64,000 nucleotides of DNA from assembly GCA_036399795.1 (NCBI GenBank), contig DASWML010000001.1, forward strand, positions 42,712 to 106,711. Reading direction: 5' to 3'. The DNA is from Flavobacterium sp. GTDB taxonomy: Bacteria > Bacteroidota > Bacteroidia > Flavobacteriales > Flavobacteriaceae. The translations under genes were made by a program, and so were the position numbers. Within the stretch, counting starts at the first letter, position 1, and every line of letters begins with the position of its first letter. Positions 1 through 9,873 of the stretch are shown piece after piece. The notes below the pieces were generated by a model that did no database searches, was not told the origin of the DNA, and saw only the letters and a list, made by a program, of their open reading frames with translations.

Positions 1-1
1 C

Positions 2-2389
2 ATTGCACTGTCTCTTCAGCAGGCATCAGGCATGGACGTTGCATTTGGTATGACAAAGCCAACCATAACACCTGGAATTTATCAGGTTGTTTTCGAATAT
101 ATCGATGAAAAAGCCGGAATATACGCTGCGCAAGCGGCTGTTCGCATCGCCCATGCGTCTATAAGTAATGAAGCTTATGATATCTCCAGCGACATCAGGG
201 AACTGAAAAGGAAGTGCGAGTATAATTGTCTTGGCCCAAGCACACAAAGTATTGTTGATGAAGCTGTAAAGCGCGACATTCCCTGGATCAGGCTTAGCGA
301 TGATTCGACAATCCAGTTAGGTTACGGAAAATGCCAGAGACGTTTTCAGGCAACAACAACGTGTATGACCAGCTCAATGGCCGCCAACACCGCATCCAAC
401 AAAGAAAAAACAAAACAACTTCTTGAGGATTCTTATTTACCGATAGCTGCCGGAGGAAGTTGTTATACTGAAGCCGGACTGCAGGATATCATTGACGACA
501 TTGGGTACCCGATTGTCATAAAACCTCACAACGGCAACCATGGAAAAGGTGTCACCGTGAACATCAACACTTGGGAAGATGCTGTTTTGGGACTTGCGAC
601 CGCGAAGGAATTTGGCAGACGGGTTATTGTTGAGCGCTATGTCACCGGAAATGACTTCCGTGTCCTGGTCATCAATAATCGTTTTGTAGCTGCTACCAAG
701 CGTGTGCCTGCAAATGTAACCGGTGATGGAAGCAGTACCATTGAAGCGCTTATTTCCCATGTAAATACAGATTCACGCCGAGGAAACGGCCATGAAAAAA
801 CACTTACGAAGATCAAGATCGACCGGGAAACGATCGAGTTGCTGCTCAAAAAAGGCTATACTCCTGACTCAATTCCTGCGAAAGGCGAGATAGTTTATGT
901 AAAATCTACCGCAAACCTCAGTACCGGCGGCTCGGCAATAGATGTGACCGATGAGGTTCATCCCTTGAATATTGCGATGGCTGAAACCGCAGCAGGCGTC
1001 ATCGGACTTGACATTTGCGGCATCGATATCATGGCTGAGAACCTTTCGCAACCTTTGCTGGAAACCGGAGGCGTAATTCTGGAGATTAATGCGGCGCCAG
1101 GCTTCAGAATGCATCTTGCGCCTTCCGAAGGCCAACCTCGAAATGTTGCAAAGCCTGTGGTAGACATGCTCTTTCCGCCAGAAAAGGCAAGCCGTATTCC
1201 GATCATTTCGATTACTGGAACAAATGGAAAAACAACCACAACAAGGCTATTGGCGCACATCGTGAAACAAAGCGGCTACAGAACCGGATATACAACCACA
1301 GACGGAATTTATATTGATGATGTCCTTCATAAAAAAGGCGATACTACAGGTCCGGCCAGCGCAGGATATATTCTCAGAAATCCGACTGTAGAGTTTGCAG
1401 TGCTTGAATCGGCGCGAGGCGGCTTGCTCCGTTCCGGACTCGGATTCGATAAATGTGATGTTGGCGTGATCACTAATATAAAGGAAGATCACCTCGGACT
1501 TAGTGATATTGAAACTCTGGAAGACCTTGCGCACGTTAAAAGTGTCATTGTGAGAAGCGTAAAAAAGAGTGGCTGGGCCGTGCTCAATGCAGACGATGCG
1601 CATTGTATGAGAATAGCGGAAACATTAGAATGCAATGTAGCATTTTTCAGCCTTGATCCGCAGAGCGAATTTATGCAAAGGATGGTGGCTGAAGGAAGAA
1701 CATCAGCCGTGCCCGAAGATGGTTTTATAACGATCCGTAGTGGTGGCGAAACCATCAGGATTGAGTCTGTTTCTAATATCCCGTTGACCCTCGGCGGCAA
1801 ACTTAAATTCATGACTGCCAATGCACTTGCAGCATCGTTGGCGGCTTTTCTTTCCGGCATAACAACCGACAGGATATCTTTGGGATTGCGTTCTTTCATT
1901 GCAGATTATGAGCATGCACCGGGAAGAATGAATATTTTCGATCTTGGAAAGATTAATATCCTGGTAGATTACGCACACAACGCACACGGTGCCGCTGCTA
2001 TTGAGGAATATGTACGGGAAACGGCAGCACCGCGCAAAATCGGAATCATTTCAGGGGTTGGTGATCGCCGTGATGAGGACATTCGTGAATTTGGAACCAT
2101 TGCCGGGCGGATGTTCGATCATGTCATCATCAGATCAAAACAAAACCTGCGCGGAAACACACAGGAAAATATTAACAAGCTGTTACTCGAAGGACTGTAC
2201 TCAGGAGGCCGGAATTTGACTTATGAATTTATGGGTGAAGAGACCGAAGCCGTGCGTCACGCCATAGATATTGCCGAAGAAGGTGACTTTGTTATTGCCC
2301 TGACAGACCAGATACCGGCAGTTGTTGCAATAATCCGAGAATATCAGGAACGTACAGAACGTGACCATGATTACAGCAAATCTGCTTAA
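2..2389 (+). CDS. cphA: cyanophycin synthetase, truncated at the 5' window edge (ATP-grasp module followed by Mur-ligase-like module)
   Basis: The reading frame is open from nt 2, with no stop upstream of the Met at 32, so the N-terminus lies off-window. ATP-grasp-like stretches (IVIKPHNGNHGKGV, FRVLVINNRFVAA) are followed by the Mur-ligase P-loop ITGTNGKTTTTRL and a DYAHN motif. This domain order is characteristic of CphA. Confidence 0.85.
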   Translation: MALSLQQASGMDVAFGMTKPTITPGIYQVVFEYIDEKAGIYAAQAAVRIAHASISNEAYDISSDIRELKRKCEYNCLGPSTQSIVDEAVKRDIPWIRLSDDSTIQLGYGKCQRRFQATTTCMTSSMAANTASNKEKTKQLLEDSYLPIAAGGSCYTEAGLQDIIDDIGYPIVIKPHNGNHGKGVTVNINTWEDAVLGLATAKEFGRRVIVERYVTGNDFRVLVINNRFVAATKRVPANVTGDGSSTIEALISHVNTDSRRGNGHEKTLTKIKIDRETIELLLKKGYTPDSIPAKGEIVYVKSTANLSTGGSAIDVTDEVHPLNIAMAETAAGVIGLDICGIDIMAENLSQPLLETGGVILEINAAPGFRMHLAPSEGQPRNVAKPVVDMLFPPEKASRIPIISITGTNGKTTTTRLLAHIVKQSGYRTGYTTTDGIYIDDVLHKKGDTTGPASAGYILRNPTVEFAVLESARGGLLRSGLGFDKCDVGVITNIKEDHLGLSDIETLEDLAHVKSVIVRSVKKSGWAVLNADDAHCMRIAETLECNVAFFSLDPQSEFMQRMVAEGRTSAVPEDGFITIRSGGETIRIESVSNIPLTLGGKLKFMTANALAASLAAFLSGITTDRISLGLRSFIADYEHAPGRMNIFDLGKINILVDYAHNAHGAAAIEEYVRETAAPRKIGIISGVGDRRDEDIREFGTIAGRMFDHVIIRSKQNLRGNTQENINKLLLEGLYSGGRNLTYEFMGEETEAVRHAIDIAEEGDFVIALTDQIPAVVAIIREYQERTERDHDYSKSA

Positions 2390-2406
2390 AGTGTTCGAAA
2401 TACAGC

Positions 2407-2429
2407 AAAAAAAAAGCACCTTTCGGTGC
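2407..2429 (-). terminator. intrinsic terminator (GCACC-TTTC-GGTGC hairpin, followed on the minus strand by a T9 run)
   Basis: The hairpin is at 2416-2429. The A9 run at 2407-2415 reads as T9 on the minus strand, immediately downstream of the 53-aa minus-strand ORF. It may also act weakly for cphA on the plus strand. Confidence 0.6.
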
Positions 2430-2451
2430 AATATATTTTTTATAAACTTAT

Positions 2452-2613
2452 TTAGTCCAGTTTCAATACCAGCTTAGCGGCAAGAACGAGGCATTTTTTT
2501 AAATCCCTTTCTGGGCAGTGATAGGCTTCCAGAAATGCTTTTGAAAGTTCATCAGCGGGGTGTTTTCTGGCGATACGTTCAGCCGAAAACAAAAGGTCGT
2601 CATCAGTCATCAT
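2452..2613 (-). CDS. small hypothetical protein, 53 aa (below the ORF-track length cutoff)
   Basis: Hand translation gives MMTDDDLLFSAERIARKHPADELSKAFLEAYHCPERDLKKCLVLAAKLVLKLD, ending in TAA. It has an ATG start and balanced composition. A canonical hairpin plus T9 terminator lies about 20 nt downstream on the same strand. Confidence 0.4.
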   Translation of the reverse strand: MMTDDDLLFSAERIARKHPADELSKAFLEAYHCPERDLKKCLVLAAKLVLKLD

Positions 2614-2774
2614 CTTATTTAATTTTCAGGGATTTAACCTGTCATTCCAATTTGCATACCGTTTTTAGTTAAAGAATAATTTTGAAGCTGAATGGGCGAA
2701 CTGAAATTAAATAATGCCGCTGTTTGAACGGGATAGCAGTAACTTTGTTACAAATCTTTTTTCTGATACAACCT

Positions 2775-3764
2775 ATGCCCGATATCAATATATCTGTTCT
2801 CGACCTTGCAATGGTTCCTCAGGGTAGCACGCCATCCAATGCGTTTGCCAATGGTGCTGATCTTGCCCGGCATACAGAGCAATGGGGTTTCACCCGTTAC
2901 TGGCTTGCCGAACATCATAACATGGAAGGTGTTGCCAGTACGGCGACATCGGTACTTATCGGATACATTGCGTCACAAACATCATCTATTCGTGTTGGCT
3001 CGGGAGGAATTATGTTGCCAAATCATGCGCCGTTAATAGTGGCTGAACAATTTGGTACCCTGGCCACATTATATCCGGAACGGATTGATCTTGGGCTCGG
3101 TCGTGCACCGGGTACAGATCAGATGACAGCACAAGCTTTGCGTCGGGACCAACGTGCCGTACTTTCATTTGATGAAAATGTAAAAGAATTGCAACGGTAT
3201 CTTTCAGCCACCAACAAAAGCAGTCCGGTACGCGCCATTCCCGGTGAAGGATTAAATATTCCGGTGTGGATTCTGGGCTCCAGTACCGACAGCGCCTATA
3301 TTGCAGCATCGCTCGGATTGCCATACGCTTTTGCCAGTCATTTTGCGCCCGCGCAATTATTTGAAGCTATTGCGATATATCGGAAAAACTTTAAACCTTC
3401 GGCACAGTGTGAAAAACCCTATGTGATGCCATGCGTGAATGTGATTGCCGCTGAAACAGATGCCGCTGCTGCGAGGCTTGCCACATCATTCAAGAAGCTG
3501 TTCCTGGGAATTCTTACCGGCAACAGGCAAAAGCTGGGTCCGCCGGTTGATCCGGGTGAAGGTTTCATGGATCCGCTGGAAGAAGCCGCACTTCAGCAGA
3601 TGATAAGGTATTCGTTTATTGGCGGCCATGAAAAGGTCAGGTCTGAAATGGAGGAATTTATCAGCCGCACCGGCGCCAATGAGCTGATGATCACCACGCC
3701 GGTATATGAGCATGCGGCAAGACTCAGGTCGTATGAGATTGTTTCGACAATTTTCGGGAAATAA
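2775..3764 (+). CDS. LLM-class (luciferase-like) flavin-dependent oxidoreductase
   Basis: Motifs [27 protein letters not shown] and [14 protein letters not shown] are typical of the YhbW/luciferase-like monooxygenase family. The start was trimmed from the TTG at 2724 to the ATG at 2775 ([11 protein letters not shown]...). Confidence 0.85.
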   Translation: MPDINISVLDLAMVPQGSTPSNAFANGADLARHTEQWGFTRYWLAEHHNMEGVASTATSVLIGYIASQTSSIRVGSGGIMLPNHAPLIVAEQFGTLATLYPERIDLGLGRAPGTDQMTAQALRRDQRAVLSFDENVKELQRYLSATNKSSPVRAIPGEGLNIPVWILGSSTDSAYIAASLGLPYAFASHFAPAQLFEAIAIYRKNFKPSAQCEKPYVMPCVNVIAAETDAAAARLATSFKKLFLGILTGNRQKLGPPVDPGEGFMDPLEEAALQQMIRYSFIGGHEKVRSEMEEFISRTGANELMITTPVYEHAARLRSYEIVSTIFGK

Positions 3765-5015
3765 TTACTTTCCTATTCGGAACAATACACCTTCATCGGT
3801 TACAGCATACAAAGCACCGTCTTTTCCCTGTGCAACATCACGAAAACGTGTGCCTTCATTAGCCAAAAGTCTTTCCTCGCCTGTTACTTTATTATTTTCG
3901 ATGACCAGCCTTACAATGTGTGTGCTGTTGAGTCCGCCAATAAAAAGGTTGTTTTTCCATTCGGCGATCATGTCACCGCTGTAGAATGTCATTCCACTTG
4001 GCGAAGTCACAGGATCCCAATAATATACAGGTTGCTCCATTCCCGATCTCTGAGTCGCACCGCCGCTGATGCTGGCGCCGCTGTATTCCAGTCCGTAAGT
4101 TATGTTTGGCCAGCCGTAGTTCTTCCCGGGCCTGATCAGGTTAACCTCATCACCGCCTTTCGGCCCCATTTCACTTAACCAAATATCTCCTGTAGCAGGA
4201 TGAATTGCCAGGCCTTGCGGGTTTCTGTGTCCGTAAGAATAAAATTCCGGCCGCGCATCGGAACTGTCTTTAAAGGGATTGTCAGCAGCAGGCTTTCCGT
4301 CTGTAGTTATTCGTATCACCTTGCCAAGTGCAGATTTTAGTGATTGCGCCTGCGGTCTTGTCTGCAGGTCGGAACGTTCCCCCGTACATACAATCAAGTG
4401 GCCTGTCCTGTCAAAGACAATCCTGCCACCATAATGCAGTGTGCCATCATAGGCGGGTGTTGCACGGTAAATGATTGATGGGTTTTCGATCTTTTTATCG
4501 TCTGCTGAAAGTTTTCCTTTTGCGACGGCGGTAAGATTCCCTGTCGGAGTAATATCCGAAAACACCCAATAAACCATCCGGTTCCTGGCAAAATCAGGGT
4601 CGAGGCAAATACCAAGGAGTCCGCCCTGCCCTTGCGGATTTACTTTAGGAATTCCTGTAATACGTTCACTTAGTTTTCCTGAAGCCTCGGCAATTACCAT
4701 GGTTCCCGCTTTTTCGGTAATCAGCAGGCGCCCGTCAGGAAGCGGTGCAATTCCCCAGGGATTCCGCAGTTCATCCGTAACCCGCGTGACATTATATGCT
4801 GTTTTTGTTTTCACACCAGCAATTCGGGTCTGGCCTTCAAAAGCAGGTTTATAATTTGAATTGGGTTTCCGGGTTTCAACCGGGGGAAGCTTTGCCGAAG
4901 CGTTAGTAGTTGCCACCGGGGCGCCGGTTTGTGCATTCACATCAGTGGATTTGTTGCCGCAGGCTGAAATCAGCAGTGCAAAAAGTATCGCCGAAGCGGA
5001 AGATTTTTTGTTCAT
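3765..5015 (-). CDS. PQQ-dependent sugar (glucose/sorbosone) dehydrogenase family lipoprotein
   Basis: It has a lipoprotein-type signal (ALLISAC-G). Beta-propeller motifs HYGGRIVFD, YSYGHRNPQGLA and GPKGGDEVNLIRPGKNYGWP are present. Its stop codon directly abuts the stop of the convergent LLM gene. Confidence 0.8.
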   Translation of the reverse strand: MNKKSSASAILFALLISACGNKSTDVNAQTGAPVATTNASAKLPPVETRKPNSNYKPAFEGQTRIAGVKTKTAYNVTRVTDELRNPWGIAPLPDGRLLITEKAGTMVIAEASGKLSERITGIPKVNPQGQGGLLGICLDPDFARNRMVYWVFSDITPTGNLTAVAKGKLSADDKKIENPSIIYRATPAYDGTLHYGGRIVFDRTGHLIVCTGERSDLQTRPQAQSLKSALGKVIRITTDGKPAADNPFKDSSDARPEFYSYGHRNPQGLAIHPATGDIWLSEMGPKGGDEVNLIRPGKNYGWPNITYGLEYSGASISGGATQRSGMEQPVYYWDPVTSPSGMTFYSGDMIAEWKNNLFIGGLNSTHIVRLVIENNKVTGEERLLANEGTRFRDVAQGKDGALYAVTDEGVLFRIGK

Positions 5016-5093
5016 GGCTGCAATATTAGGTTCTTTTAAAGATACTAAAACACGCGCAACCCAACAAGGCTATTTGATTTGTTTACAATATGT

Positions 5094-7871
5094 TTATGAT
5101 AAGTTTTGCTGAGACGCAGCCAGAACCACGACAAATTCGGCGCCCGCGCCTTCCGTTCCGTTGGCGAAAATCAGCCCATGATGGTTTTCAGCAATTTTTT
5201 TGCACATTGCCAGTCCGATCCCGGTTCCTTCATACTCCGTTTTTCCGTGCAGGCGCTGAAAAATATTGAAGATTCGCGAGGCATATTCCTGTGGAAAACC
5301 GATACCATTGTCGGTGAATATAATTTTATAATAACCTCCGGATTTCTTTGCCAACTCCAGTTCAGAGGCTTCTTCTTCGGTGACAACCATGCTGCTGATG
5401 GTAATATGCGGTGGAACGTCCAGCCTGCTGTATTTTAATGAATTTGATATAAGATTGCTGAAGAGCTGTGTCATCTGCAGCGGAATTGTATCAATTACCG
5501 GCAATCCCGAATGCTCAATAACCGCTTGTTTCTCTTCCACAATAACATCAAAGTCGCTGATAATATCGTTGAATACATCTTCGAGGTTGGTGGCAACAAA
5601 AACCTCATTCTTGCGTGACAATTGCGAATAGCCGAGAATATCACGGATCAGGTTCATCATCCTGTTGACGGCATTGGTGATGCGCGCCATCTGAAACTTT
5701 GACTTGTCGTCGATTTCGCCCAGGGAGCTTTCCAGTATCTGTGTGAATAAACTGATCTTCCTTAGTGGTTCCTGTAAATCGTGTGAAGCGATATAAGCAA
5801 ACTGTTCCAGTTCGGCATTGGATTTCTGCAGGCGCTCGTTGGCATGCTCGAGTTCTTTTGTACGTTCCTTCACGACCTGTTCAATTTTCCGCCTTGCAAT
5901 CACCTGTGGCGTGACATCTACAGAAATGGCAAGCACACCTAAAATCTGACCTTCGCCATCGCGATATGCTTCATAAACAAAATTTTGGTAAAGGGTTTGT
6001 TTTTGCCCGAAGCGGATGAGTTCCACGGGGCGTTCGTTAGCGGTAAAAGTTTCGCCGGTAGTATAAACTTTCTGCAGAAGTTCTTCAAGTCCCTGTTCCC
6101 GTGCATCGGGCAAACCTACAAAAAGGGGCTTGTTCATCACATCAACATAAGATTTCCCCCATAAATTAATGATCAGGTCATTCGCTATTTCCACTGTATG
6201 CTCGGGACCGCGGAGCAGGCACATGGCTACCGGCGCCTGAAGTATGATGTTCCTGAAATTGCGTTCGCTTTCCTCAAGTGCTTTTTTGGCCACGACGAGA
6301 TCGGTGACATTTGCGGCAGTATTCATAACACCATAAACTTTACCCATTGCATCAAAAAGCGGGGTAAAACTATAATTGAAGTAAAACGACTGCAGCCTTC
6401 CGCCTACTAAAAGCTTAACATGCTGGTTATGCGCATGGAAAGCCACACCGGTGGTGTAAACGCGGTCGAGTTGCTCAATCGGTCCCTGGCCTTCCAATTC
6501 CGGCAGCACTTCGGCATATCGCTTTCCGATGACACTGCTGTCGCGGTCCCAAGTGTCAAGGATTGATTGGTTTGCCATTTCGATACGCATTTCACGCCCG
6601 ATATAAACACCGATCGGAAAAGGCGCGCTGTCGATGACGCTCCTGAGCCGTTGCGCACTTTGCTCAATTGCAAATTTCGAATGGATGCTCGCGCTGATGT
6701 CCTGGATGATGCACGACACGGTCACTGCTTCGCCATCTTCATCCTGAACCTGTCCGATGGAACGCAAATGTTGTAATTGCCGCGTTTGTGGGTGAGGCAC
6801 ACGGAAAATAATATCGTGTTTTCCTGATGAGCCTTCACGTGTCACACCTGTAAAAGTATCCCGAACTAGTGCGTAATCCTCCTGATAAACCTTTTTCAGA
6901 AGTTCTGGCAACGGTATATTGAGGCGTGTTACCCCGAACCATTCCATAATCTGGGGCGAATAGCTGACGGTATTGCTGCGCAGGTCGATGTTAAAAACTC
7001 CCATACCGCCGATTTCCTCTGCAAGTTCAAGGCTTCGCTCCTTTTGTACAAGCGCTTTGCGATCGTTGTGCAGTTGGGTAACCTCGTTTGCCATAGCGAC
7101 GACTCCGGTGACCGCTGCCTTTCCGTTTTCATAATAAGGCTGTAATACAAAATTAAAATATAATATTTCTTCTTTTCCGTGACGGATTAGGGTTACCGGA
7201 GCTTCATGAGCCTGGTAGGGCATACCTGTACGTCGAACCGTGTCGATGATCTCGATATATCTCTGGGATGCCAGCTCCGGAAGGACTTCCCTGAGCGGCT
7301 TACCTATAACGGAAGCATCCTTATCCCAAAGCCGGAGCGTCGGCTCATTGGCCAGCTCAATGATGAGATCCGGCCCTTTAAAGATATGAATTGCCATGGC
7401 AGACTGCCGGAAAAGATTATGGGCAGGTTCCAGCGACTTGATTTTTTCATCCTTGATATTGGCCTGCATGCGATCAGTAACGTTGACCGCAGTATGGATT
7501 ATAAATTCAATTTCGCGGTTTTCATTAAATATCGGAGTATGGATGACGGTCCAGTACATTTCGTTAAAAGTACCATCGGGCTGAACAATATCATAACGCT
7601 GCACTTCGAGTTCATTCTTCCGTTTTTCCCTGATGCAAATCGCCAGCGAAGCCCGTATATCATTGGATACATTCGGTGCGTCGGGATTGTCGGGAAAGTG
7701 TGTAAACAGACTTTTGCCAATAAGATCGTCCTTTGGCGCACCTGCGAAAGCGGCAAACTCATCGGTTGAGCCAACAACGGTAAAAACAGGGCTGTCAGGA
7801 AGGATCAATCCGCTGGCGCCTGGCATGGCATTAAAAACAGTCCGGTAATCTGTGGGTGAAGAATATTCCAA
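5094..7871 (-). CDS. cytoplasmic multi-PAS/PAC sensor histidine kinase (no receiver domain)
   Basis: Five to six PAS-like repeats are followed by a coiled coil, the HisKA H-box FAYIASHDLQEPLRKI, and HATPase_c (DNGIGF, GTGIGLAMCKKI). No TM segments were seen. The ORF-track start at 7871 is TTG; the first ATG is at 7826, so the start is uncertain. Confidence 0.85.
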   Translation of the reverse strand: MEYSSPTDYRTVFNAMPGASGLILPDSPVFTVVGSTDEFAAFAGAPKDDLIGKSLFTHFPDNPDAPNVSNDIRASLAICIREKRKNELEVQRYDIVQPDGTFNEMYWTVIHTPIFNENREIEFIIHTAVNVTDRMQANIKDEKIKSLEPAHNLFRQSAMAIHIFKGPDLIIELANEPTLRLWDKDASVIGKPLREVLPELASQRYIEIIDTVRRTGMPYQAHEAPVTLIRHGKEEILYFNFVLQPYYENGKAAVTGVVAMANEVTQLHNDRKALVQKERSLELAEEIGGMGVFNIDLRSNTVSYSPQIMEWFGVTRLNIPLPELLKKVYQEDYALVRDTFTGVTREGSSGKHDIIFRVPHPQTRQLQHLRSIGQVQDEDGEAVTVSCIIQDISASIHSKFAIEQSAQRLRSVIDSAPFPIGVYIGREMRIEMANQSILDTWDRDSSVIGKRYAEVLPELEGQGPIEQLDRVYTTGVAFHAHNQHVKLLVGGRLQSFYFNYSFTPLFDAMGKVYGVMNTAANVTDLVVAKKALEESERNFRNIILQAPVAMCLLRGPEHTVEIANDLIINLWGKSYVDVMNKPLFVGLPDAREQGLEELLQKVYTTGETFTANERPVELIRFGQKQTLYQNFVYEAYRDGEGQILGVLAISVDVTPQVIARRKIEQVVKERTKELEHANERLQKSNAELEQFAYIASHDLQEPLRKISLFTQILESSLGEIDDKSKFQMARITNAVNRMMNLIRDILGYSQLSRKNEVFVATNLEDVFNDIISDFDVIVEEKQAVIEHSGLPVIDTIPLQMTQLFSNLISNSLKYSRLDVPPHITISSMVVTEEEASELELAKKSGGYYKIIFTDNGIGFPQEYASRIFNIFQRLHGKTEYEGTGIGLAMCKKIAENHHGLIFANGTEGAGAEFVVVLAASQQNLS

Positions 7872-7982
7872 ATCTGCAACGGGAATTAAAACTATAAAGA
7901 TACAAATTCGTCCTTGAATGAAAACAGCAAAAGAATGGCTTCCGACGAAAACTTGCTGAAATATTCAAGCCTGGCCTCAGGA

Positions 7983-8789
7983 TCAGTACTTTCGTGAAGT
8001 CTTTATTTCAGCCGCTTCCTTCCATTCTTTTCCTGTCGCGGAAAGTAATTCAGAATAATTCCACGTATTGAAATCTGCCGCCTTGGTATCTTTAATTGCA
8101 ATGTATGTTTCTTCTTCAGGTATCACATCGGTGCAAAACCCGCATGTGCGTAGCATGGACAATATTGCCTGATGATTTGGTGCCCACCAGTTTGTGGGAT
8201 CGCCACCAAGGCGTTTTTCGATAAATGCCATTACCGGATAACCGGATTGAAGCATAATTTCGCGTTTGTGGAATTCAATATCATCGGGAATCTCCATTTC
8301 TGCTTTGTCCGGCATGGAAAGCGTCTGGAAGACCATCATGTTCTTTACTTTCTCGGAAATGATATCCAATGCCAACATCGGATAACGCAGATGATAAAAA
8401 ACGCCCATAAACCAGACGATGTCGAATTTCTCATCGAGTTTTGCCAGGTCATATACCTGCATCTGCTTGAAAGTTATCCGGTCGTCAAAGCCAAATTGCC
8501 CCGCTACCCATTTCGCCTGCTTAAGATAATGCACATCAAGATCTATGGCGAGCACTTCGGCACCACGTTTAGCCAGTTCAATAGAATAAAAGCCAGCATT
8601 GCAGCCGATATCCAACGCTTTCCATCCGGTGAGGTCTTCCGGGATCCGCTCTTTTATTTTCTCCCATTTGAACGACGGAAAATCTCCCAGGAAATGTTCT
8701 GGTGCGGTTTGCGTTCCATCGGGTAGATGGATATTGTGAAACCACGGCTGCAAAGCCTCTATTTCTTTTTTTACTGACATGCTGATCAT
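7983..8789 (-). CDS. class I SAM-dependent methyltransferase, CmoB/DUF1698-like (resembles what I recall as the TIGR04290-type family)
   Basis: SAM motif I is LDIGCNAGFYSIELAKRGA. N-terminal WFHNIHLPDGTQTAPEH and FMGVFYHLRYP signatures are present. The start was trimmed to the ATG at 8789, one nt after the stop of the upstream GT. It is the last gene of the nine-gene operon. Confidence 0.8.
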   Translation of the reverse strand: MISMSVKKEIEALQPWFHNIHLPDGTQTAPEHFLGDFPSFKWEKIKERIPEDLTGWKALDIGCNAGFYSIELAKRGAEVLAIDLDVHYLKQAKWVAGQFGFDDRITFKQMQVYDLAKLDEKFDIVWFMGVFYHLRYPMLALDIISEKVKNMMVFQTLSMPDKAEMEIPDDIEFHKREIMLQSGYPVMAFIEKRLGGDPTNWWAPNHQAILSMLRTCGFCTDVIPEEETYIAIKDTKAADFNTWNYSELLSATGKEWKEAAEIKTSRKY

Positions 8790-8790
8790 T

Positions 8791-9861
8791 TTAAACCGAC
8801 TGCATAACCTGCAGGATGTATTCTTCAAGTTCTTTAGCGCGCGCTTTTGCTGTATGAGTGTGAAGGACTTTTGCGCGGGCGCTTTCACCAATTTTTTTTC
8901 TTTCTTCTTCAGATGTTTCCTTCATAAAGCGCACAACATCATGCGATGAGCGTGCAATCAGGATTTCTTCTCCTTCAGTAAAGAGCGACGTAAGTCCGTC
9001 CCAATAATCAGAAATCACAGGCACGCCGCACGCCGCAGCCTCAAACAGGCGGACGCTTGGGGAATAACCGGCTTCGATCATATCTGCGCGGGTAACATTC
9101 AGCGTATAACATTGCGAATTGTAAAACCTGCGGTGTTTTGATGGTGGCAGGTGTTCGATCCGCTCAACATTAACAGGCCAATTAATTTCTGCAGGATATT
9201 GCGGACCTGCAACAACAAATTTCCGGCTGATGAATTCTTCTGCGGTTTTGCAAAGCAATTCATTAACAGTAGGTTGCCGGTCGGTACTAAAAGTGCCGAG
9301 ATAACCCAGATCCCATTTTCTTACGCTATCGTTTTCCGGATAATATAATTCCGGGTCAACAGAACAATACAGTGCTTTTGCGGCTGGCGATCCATAGCAT
9401 TCCTCGATGTGCTTCAGGATCGGTCCGCCGGAAAATGACAGGTAAAGATCGTATTTGCCGATAAGTTCAGGCGTGATATATTCGTAGTCGTTCCGTCTTA
9501 GTTTTGCCAATGTAACCGGTGTGTCGATATCATAAAATGCTTTGATTCCTTTTGCGGTATCAATAACCCAGTTTCCGACTTCAACGCCCTGTTGAACATA
9601 CGATCCAACAATCACACAATCGGCCTGACTAACATCCGAAGCATAATCTTCCATGAGTTCCTCATTGCTTTTGTAGAGTCCGAGCCGACAGAAATCCGGC
9701 TGCGGCATATCACGGTTTGCCGCATAATAAGGCACATCTTTTTCAAGGAACAATATTTCATGGCCAAGATTCGCCATTTCCTTAAGCAAAGCCCGGTAAG
9801 TTGTGGCGTGGCCATTTCCCCAGGAGGAAGTGACTGATAACCCGATACAGACAATTTTCAT
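8791..9861 (-). CDS. GT-B glycosyltransferase, CgeB-like (paralogue 3 of 3)
   Basis: It shares the N-terminal motif SSWGNGHATTYRALLKEMANLGHEILFLE and the C-terminal motif FEAAACGVPVISDYWDGL with the two upstream genes. No TM segment or signal peptide is present. Confidence 0.8.
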   Translation of the reverse strand: MKIVCIGLSVTSSWGNGHATTYRALLKEMANLGHEILFLEKDVPYYAANRDMPQPDFCRLGLYKSNEELMEDYASDVSQADCVIVGSYVQQGVEVGNWVIDTAKGIKAFYDIDTPVTLAKLRRNDYEYITPELIGKYDLYLSFSGGPILKHIEECYGSPAAKALYCSVDPELYYPENDSVRKWDLGYLGTFSTDRQPTVNELLCKTAEEFISRKFVVAGPQYPAEINWPVNVERIEHLPPSKHRRFYNSQCYTLNVTRADMIEAGYSPSVRLFEAAACGVPVISDYWDGLTSLFTEGEEILIARSSHDVVRFMKETSEEERKKIGESARAKVLHTHTAKARAKELEEYILQVMQSV

Positions 9862-9873
9862 ATGATGTTGTTT

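Noticed and set aside
3762-3767. Convergent LLM oxidoreductase and PQQ-dehydrogenase genes whose stop codons abut with zero spacer (TAATTA)
   Set aside because: This is unusual-looking, but it is explained by compact convergent gene packing. No hairpin or other structure supports a specific mechanism.
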